DNA from: Prorocentrum cordatum
Lineage: Eukaryota
Assembly (NCBI GenBank): GCA_963575745.1
Contig: CAUYUJ010000137.1
Span: 620,001-667,758, forward strand
Direction of reading: 5' to 3'
Length of the DNA: 47,758 nt
A program made the translations under genes and the position numbers. A model generated the notes under the pieces. The model worked only from the letters and a program-made list of their open reading frames with translations. It did no database searches and had not been told where the DNA came from. Positions 39,909-47,758 of this stretch are shown here, in pieces (the stretch's first letter is position 1; each line of letters opens with the position of its first letter).

Positions 39909-42799
39909 CCAACACCAACACCAACACCAACAACAACAACAACAACAACGCAACAAGCATAATCCTCACCACGGATTCCCACTTCAGCCACGCACCCAAG
40001 GACAATGAATGACCGTTCGGCCCCCTCACTCTGATCTTACAACGGATAGCTTGCACACCTCAGCTTGCACAGCACAGCATAAACCACATTACTTACACCA
40101 CATGGCGTTCACCTCCAACTCAGACCACACATATTACGCGACATAGACTATACCACATAGCCTACACCGCATAGCTTCCATCTCCATAGCTGACTCCACG
40201 TAGCTTTCGCAACATAGGCTTCACAACATAGCTTACACCGCACAGCATCCACGTCCACAGAGCAATGACTCAATGCTTGGGACGCTGGCTCACATGTAGT
40301 TGTCCTGCCGAGGGTTAAGAGACTGCGCAGGGGCAGGTGGAGCCGAAGAACGAGGACGGAGGAACGGCCTGAGGAAGACCGGCGGCTGCCAGACGCGGAG
40401 GCACCGCCCCCCGCCGGGGGCTCGGCGAACGAGTCGACGGCGGCCGTCAGGGCGGAAGGAGAACCTCGGCGGCCGCCGGTGCTGCAAGGCCGGAGACCGC
40501 GCCGAGTCTGCCCGTGGGTGGAGGCTCTAAGTCGGGTAATTACATCGGCTCGGGGGGCGTAACCACCACCTGCGTTTCTGAGGTTTTCTCGCATCCCCTG
40601 CCCTCCTCCTCCTTCTCCTCCTCCTCCTCCTCCTGGCACTCCTATTCCTTCTCCTCCTCCTCCTCCTCCTCCTCCTCCTCCTCCTCCTCCTCCTCCTCAT
40701 CCTCATCCTCATCCTCGTCCTCCTTCAAAAGCGGTCCCACCCTTGAGCCCAAGACGGCAGCAGGCAAGCGGCGCGTGCGCGGCCAAGATGCGAGGAGGGG
40801 GACGCGGGGAGTCTAACTTTGCTTCACCTTTGTGAATCCGAGTTTGTTTGGCTCGTCGTCGGCGCGGCTGGCTGAATCGTCACTGCCCTCGTATTCCTGC
40901 TCCTCCTCCTGGTCATCCTCCTTGTGGTCCTCCTCCTCTTCCTCCTCCTCCTCCTCCTCTTCCTCAGGGGGGGGGAGGATAACGCTGGAAATCAAACAAG
41001 CACAAGGAACAGACAAAACAACCAAAGAAACTGAAGTACTGGCGGCAGGAGCTTTAGGATCACGATGGGTAACCAATACCAGAGGAAGCCGCCCGAACCC
41101 GAAGGGCCTCCTCCTCCTCCTCCTCCTCCTCCTCCTCCTCCTCAGGGAAAGGAGGATGGCGCAGGAAAGCCGAACAAACGCAATGACCCCCCCCCCCAAC
41201 AAAAAAAAACACATTGGCGGCAGAAGCTGTTAGGAAAACCATGAGACTATCCAAACAACAACCCACAAAAAAACATATTGGAGGAAGCCGACCGAACCCG
41301 AAAGGAACCGTCCGAAGGGAAATCCTGCATTCTCAATGGAAGCTCTGTGGTGTCGGTTGTTCCTCTGGTTTTTTTAATTTGTCCTGCTGGCTTACTCAAG
41401 TTTCTTTGGTGTTTGGTGGTGTTTTGCTCTGCAGGTTTTCCTGCAGTTCTGACCCCCTCTGTCCCCCCTGTGTTCCCCGCGTCTCCCCTGTGTCTCCCCT
41501 GTGTCCCCCATGTGTCCCCCCTGTGACCCCCCGTGCCCCCCTCTGTCCCCCTCTGTCCTCTTGTGTTCCCTGTTGTCACCGTCTGTCCCCCATTTGTGGG
41601 GGAGCAGGAGGAGGAGAAGAAAAATGCAGGGGGGGAGTAGGGAGCGGAATGGAGAAGTGTTCCCCCCCTGCTTCTGCCCCAGAGGAGGAAGAGGGGGAGG
41701 AGGAGGAGGAGGAGGAGGAGGAGGAGGAGGAGCAGCAGGAGGAGGACGAGGAGGAGCAGGAGGAGCAGGAGGAGTCAAGAATGAAAGGCGGGGCGTGATG
41801 GGGGTGGGGAGGAGGAACAGGAGGAGCAGGGGAACAAGCAGGAAGAGAAGGAGGAGAAGGACCACTCCTCCATTCCTCAGGAGGAGGACCACTCATCCAT
41901 TCCACTCCTCCTCGACTCCACTCCTGCATCCCACTCCTTCTCCATTCCACACCCCACACACCCCCACACCCTTCTCCTCTTCCTGCCCCCCTCCCCCCCA
42001 TAGAGCAAAACAAATAGGGGGACGGAAGGAGGGGGGGAGCAGGAGGTGGAGGAGGAGGAGGAGGAGGAGGAGGAGGAGGAGCGAAGGGTGAGGGTTGAGG
42101 GGTGGGGGGGGCGAGGAAGAGGAAGATGAGGAGGGGGGAGGAGGAGGAGGAGGAGGAGGAGGAGGAGGAGGAGGAAAGAGGAGGAGGAGGAGGAGGAGGA
42201 GAAGGAGGACGAGGAGGACAAAGAGGACAAGAGGTGGAGTAAACAATGGATTGTGAGTTGTCTGTTTGGATGTTTCGTTGGTCGTTCGAATCGTTTGGGT
42301 TTGTGTCGGCGGTCTGCCTGGAATATCTGTGTTGTTTGTCGCTGGTGGTTCCTTCGATGTTTGTTGGAACTCAGCGCCTCCATACGGAATCGCCTCGTGA
42401 ACCCCCGCAAAGGATTATGACTGCGAAGTGTTTCATGTGAGTCCCTTATGTGGTGATTTCCGAAAACTTCATTTTGTTACGCTTTTCAACAGGAACCTGC
42501 AATACTACGCTCTAAAAGGTTCCTGTAGTGAGGCTTTCCGCTAAGAAGCAAGTTGGTGGAGGCTTCCGAAGGATTCCTGGCGCGGTGAATTCCAGTAGGA
42601 AGCCCCACTCGTGTTTTCCAAACGAATCAGCTGGTTGTGAGGCCTACCAGAAGAACACACTCGTTGCATGCTCCATTTCTTCAAACGAGTACACAAACAC
42701 ACACACACACACACACGACCGTACTTCCGCATCCTCTCGCCCTCGCCCTCCCAGAGCCAGCTCAAGGAAACATAGGGCGGCTATACATCCTGAACCTAC

Positions 42800-42990
42800 A
42801 CCATATATATATATATACACAGATGTACCTGCGTACATACATACATGCATACACTCCGACATACATACATATATACCTACATACATACATGCATGCACAC
42901 ATACATAACAGCAGACATACCTGCACACATGCATACATGCATGCATGCATGCATGCATACATACATACATACATACATACATACATGCAT
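42800..42990. repeat. (TA)n/(CATA)n/(CATG)n microsatellite
   Basis: Directly visible. Confidence 0.9.
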
Positions 42991-43289
42991 ATGGACAGGC
43001 ATACATGCGCTTCCCCCCGTCAACCCGTTGCAAATCACACTATGCGCGCACATTCGTTGATCGCAAACCATCAATGTTCAAAAATCCCTTGCCACCAAAA
43101 CAGACCAAACCTGCACGCGCGTGTCGTCGCTCGCGCAAGGTGGAATCCTTCAAACGCCGTGGGTCGCGTGAAGATGTTAAATTCGCGCGCCCTGAACCCA
43201 ATTGAAAAACCTGTTGGGTTTTGTAGCACGATTATCAAAGACATGCGCGCCTACAAATTCTAATGAGAACCGTCGGCTTTGTAACACTT

Positions 43290-45665
43290 GCATCATGCGA
43301 CCGAGCGGGCCTCTCGCGCGCGCGTGCCGACAGCATTCGAACGCCCTTGCGCGCGAACGGTGGGGCACGACCCTTGTCAACGGATGCAGTATGGGCGATA
43401 CGCGTCCGTCGGCCGCGCGCGCACGTCGAAATCCTTCCACAGCCTTCATCACCGACACGTTCACACAATCATCGTCAGATTGGGTCGATTATGGCAAACG
43501 CGACCGCCCGGGAATCTTCGCAAAATCGCCCCGTGTATTCCCGAGAATCAGCAATCCCCATACAACTGTCTAGTGAACATCAAAGAGAAGTCGTAGCGCT
43601 TTAAATATTCGGTGAATCTCCTAACAATTTCCGCGCCTAAAAAAAAACACAGCGGCGGATCTACAAAACATCTCCGCGCCTTATAGTGGCCAGCGAAATC
43701 TCCGCCGAAAGTGTTCTAGAAGTGTGCCGGAAATGTTCCATACATCTCCCGGATCTTTCCTGCACATTGGAGTCTTTCTAAAGATTTGCTGGATATCGTC
43801 CAAAAATTCCCTAGAAAGTTCTACACGCCAAACTTCGCCGGAGATTTGCCCGAGATTGTCCTAAGATTCCCGCACGTCCGAATGTTTGTGGAGAATTATG
43901 CGGGGATTTGCAACCCCCTCAATTCAACGGAAATGCCCCCAGAGATTTTAGCCCATGGAGATGTTCCAAAATTTCTGGGGGGAAATACAATTTGAGAATT
44001 CCCCCCGACATGTTCGAAAGGATGTTAATCCACATGGCCCGGGTCGCGTTTGCCGTATTGATCATATCTGAAATCATCGCCATCGGCGTAATCAGCATTT
44101 TCACCGTCGTTGGCCTTGGCATCGCCATCGTCGTCGTCATCCGCATCGGTACTATCATGATCGTGTCTGGCGACGTTGACGCCGCCATAAAACCGCGCCC
44201 GCCTGGATCACCGACTCGCCCTGAAGCGCCCGCAAATTAGTGCGGCCTACGAGACGCGCTGGGAAAAAACCCGACGGTCAGAGCCACCGAGGCCGCGTCG
44301 GCCGCACCAGATTAGCCGGCCGCTATGCGCACGACTTCGCGCGCTAGGGCGGCCGCAGCGATGTGCAAACCAGCGCCATACAGCCATCGCAATCGCAGCC
44401 GCATGGGTTTTGCAAACCAAACTGCGGGCGGGTGGGCGGCAAGACTGCGCGAACACTCGGTTTGACATCTTCACACCCGGCGGAGTGAACTGCGCTCTCG
44501 CAAAATCGAAATACCCAACCATTAATGCTTCAACATGTTCATCACATGAACCCAATCGGGCCTCTCGCGCGCGCGGGTTGTAATCATTCGAACACCCTTG
44601 CGCGCGTGCTGGTTGCAATCTCTCGGCTGTTCATTCCACGTGCATGTTGTCGACGTCGTGCGTGTACTGTTTCGCAAAACTGTTCAATATGTTCTTCGAT
44701 GGTCGTCGCCGAAGAAACAACGCATGCTGAGGGGGGGTACGACCCGTGCCACATGGCACTACGCGAGCCAATCGCGCGTGCTGGCCGCGCGCGCATGCCG
44801 AAATTCTACCTAAACGATCATCACCGACACATGGACGCCATCAGTGTCATCGGCGTGATCAGCATTCTCGCCGTCGTCGTCATCAGCGTCGTTGCTATCA
44901 TCATCGTTTTTGCCGCCTGCCGTTTTCGACGTCGCCATGATACCGCGCCAGACCGGAACACGGACTCGCATGGAAATCTGGCGCGTCAGCGCGGCCTGTG
45001 GGACGCACGGGGAAAAACCTAGCGGTCAGCGCAACCGCTCTGCGCGCGAGCTTACGCGCGCCAGCACGGCCGCAGCGATGTGCCAGCCAGCACCAAGCAG
45101 ACATCGCAATCGCCACCGCATGGGCTTTGAAAACCAAGTTGCGGGTGGGTGGGTGGGATAATTGCGCGAGCAGTCGAGCTGACATCTTCACACTCGGCAG
45201 TTGCAGTCCATATACCGCACCATATAGATTGCGCGCCCTCTTGCGAGTTCGTAAGACAACCATGAACGTTTCAACATTTCTCAAAGCGACCAAGCGGGCC
45301 TCTCGCGCGCGCGCATAGTCATCATCATGCGGACGCCCTTACGCGCGTGCTGCTTGCCATCGTTTGGCCGTCCATGTCCCGTGTTTGTTGTCGACGTCGT
45401 GCGTGTACTGTTTCGCCTGATGGCCTAAAATGGTCTTCGATGGTCCTCGCCGAAAAGAGACAGCACACGTCCGAGCGATGCCAACGCTGGGGTGGTACGA
45501 CCAGGGTCAAATACCACCATGCGGGCCACTCGCGCGCGCAGGCCGCGCGCGCATGTCGAAACCATTTTAGGCCGTTCATCCTCGACACGTGGACACCATC
45601 ATCGTCATTGGCGTGATCAGCATCGTCGCCGCCGTGGGCATTGGCGTCGTCACTATCATCATCAT
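43290..45665. repeat. Diverged ~730-bp tandem repeat family
   Basis: CGGGCCTCTCGCGCGCGCG near 43305, 44557, 45295; TGTTGTCGACGTCGTGCGTGTACTGTTT near 44645 and 45387. Confidence 0.75.
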
Positions 45666-46436
45666 CACTGTAACACATAAGCTGCACCACGCAGATTACA
45701 ACACATAGGTTGCACTACTTAAATTGCACCGCATGGGCTGCGCCCCAGCATTGGACTGCACTGCGTTGCATGCACCATGTATGTTGCGAGACATTGCAAA
45801 ACATAGTTGCGTTGCCCAGCGCAGATTGCACAACATATATTGCAGCATACTGCGCCGCAAAATTTGCACAACTGAAAATGCACAACGTATTTCGCACCAC
45901 ATCGGTAACACCACGTGTATTGCCAAAACTAAATGATCTTTCCTTACAAAATAAATGTGAGCCCCCCCGGGGTTATCCGTAACTCCTTACATATTGCAGA
46001 ATACATGTGATTCTGCGCCACCGCCCAGCCGAAATATGAACTCATACCACCCCACCCAGGCCGGTATCAACACCCCCCGTCACGCACTGCAAAAACTATG
46101 CGCGCACACCCGTGTATCAAAAATCATCCGTGTTCAATAACACCTGGGGAAAAATAGCCTAGCGAAGGACCCAACCATATGCAGTTGTGCATACCGCATT
46201 GGTGAATACCATCTTCGCCCGCGCTCCCTATGTGGCCACGGCTTCCCGCCGGAGCCCGACATGCTCAGGAACGCGTTCGTGGCCGTCTTCGCGGGCGCCG
46301 ACGACGACAAGGACGGCGTCCCTCTGACCGAGGAGCAGAAGCAGGAGAGGGCTTTGAGAACCATGGAGGAGGAAGGCGTTGCACGCCGACAAGGCGGAGT
46401 GCGACGCCCACGCGCGGTTGTTAAAGCAGAACAACT

Positions 46437-47580
46437 ATGGGGACACGATCCTCGTGACGGGTGTGCCGCAATGGCCCGGGGCCGCCATGCGAAAACTGCC
46501 ACTGGCGCCTTCGGTGGAGCTCCCCATGGGGCCACGATCCTCGTGAGGGGTGCGCCGAAATGGCCCGAGGCCACAATGCGAACCCTGCCACTGGCGCCTT
46601 CGGTGGAGCTCCCTATGGGGCCCAATCCTCTTGAGGGGTGTGCCGAAATGGCCCGAGGCCGCCATGCGAACCTTCCCACTGGGGCCTTTGGCGAGCTCCC
46701 TATGGGGCCACGATCCTCGTGAGAGGCGCGCCGAAATGGCCCGGGGCCGCCATGCGAACCCTGCCACTGGCGCCGTCGGTGGAGCTCCCTATGGGGCCAC
46801 GATCCTTGTGAGGGGTGTGCCGCCCGAGGCCGCCATGCGAACCCTGCCACTGGCGCCTTCGGTGGAGCTCCCTATGGGCCCAATCCTGCGCGAGGTTGAT
46901 GCCGAAATGGATCCCTGTGGGCCGAGGCCGCCATGCGAACCCTGCCGATTGGGTGCCTTCGGTGGAGCTCCCTTTGGGGCCAGCGATCCGTCGTGTAGGA
47001 TGGTGTGGCCGACGATGGCGCCACCGATGAGACGTCCATGCGAACCCTGCCACTGAGGCCTTCGGTGATGTGATCGGCTTCGTTGAGCCTCCCCGATGGG
47101 GCCACGGTCCTTGGGGTGTGGGGTGTGTGAGGTCCAGACTAAATGTGGCCGCGGGTGTTCTGGTATGTAGCCGGGCTCCATGCGAACCCTGCCACTGGCG
47201 CCTTCGGTGAAGCTCCCTATGGGGCCACGATCCTCCTGAGGGGTGCGCCGAAATGGCCCAAGGCCGCCACGCGAACCCTGCCGCTGGCGCCTTCGCTGGA
47301 GCTCCCCATGGGGCCACGATCCTTGTGAGGGGTGCGCCGAAATGGCCCGAGGCCGCCATGCGAACCCTGCCACTGGGACCTTCGGTGGAGCTCCCTATGG
47401 GGTCCTCGTGAGGGGTGTGCCGAAATGGCCCGAGGCCGCCATGCGAACCCTGCCACTGGAGCCGTCGGTGTAGCTCCCTTTGGGGCCACGATTCTCGTGA
47501 GGGGTGTGCCGAGATGGCCCGAGGTCGCCATGCGAACCCTGCCACTGGCGCCTTCGCTGGAGCTCCCTATGGGGCCACGA
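46437..47580. repeat. ~90-bp satellite array (about 12 units)
   Basis: GGGGCCACGATCCTCGTGAGGGGTGTGCCGAAATGGCCCGAGGCCGCCATGCGAACCCTGCCACTGGCGCCTTCGGTGGAGCTCCCTAT repeated. Confidence 0.93.
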
Positions 47581-47758
47581 AACGCTGTACTGGGTGGGTG
47601 AAACGCAAGGAGGAGAGAGGAGGGGAGGAGGGTCGGAAAGAGGAGGAGGAATGAACGCGGGGCACCGTCTCTTCAAAACGAAGACCCAACACCACAGGAT
47701 GGTTGGGAACAAAAACACATTAGCCTGACGAAGGACCCAACCATATGCAGCTGTGAGT

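Noticed and set aside
40325..40545. GC-rich stretch that could be a host exon
   Set aside because: No recognisable motif, and no partner exons could be linked

Overview
Repeat-saturated, GC-rich eukaryotic DNA, very probably a dinoflagellate nuclear genome: a perfect 22-nt dinoflagellate spliced leader (DinoSL) lies at 15850-15871 on the minus strand. I found no intact host gene, and most tracked ORFs are artefacts of microsatellites and satellites. The main elements are: (1) a full-length Ty1/copia LTR retrotransposon (18420-24349, minus) with 144-bp LTRs, a GAGGT target-site duplication (TSD), an initiator-Met primer-binding site (PBS), and a gag-PR-IN-RT-RNaseH polyprotein carrying one frameshift and one in-frame stop; (2) a degraded APE-RT LINE (about 25990-29953, minus) with a RanBP2-type zinc-finger ORF1; (3) two Helitron-like 3' termini; (4) a recent duplication whose two copies received different insertions; (5) many tandem and inverted repeats. 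The most interesting signal is that both copia LTRs contain a sense-strand DinoSL-like motif, the copia Pol has a fused ~175-aa tail with transmembrane-like segments, and the LINE begins with a partial SL-like motif. This suggests retroelements that capture or mimic the host trans-splicing leader. All alignments were done by eye and no database searches were run.
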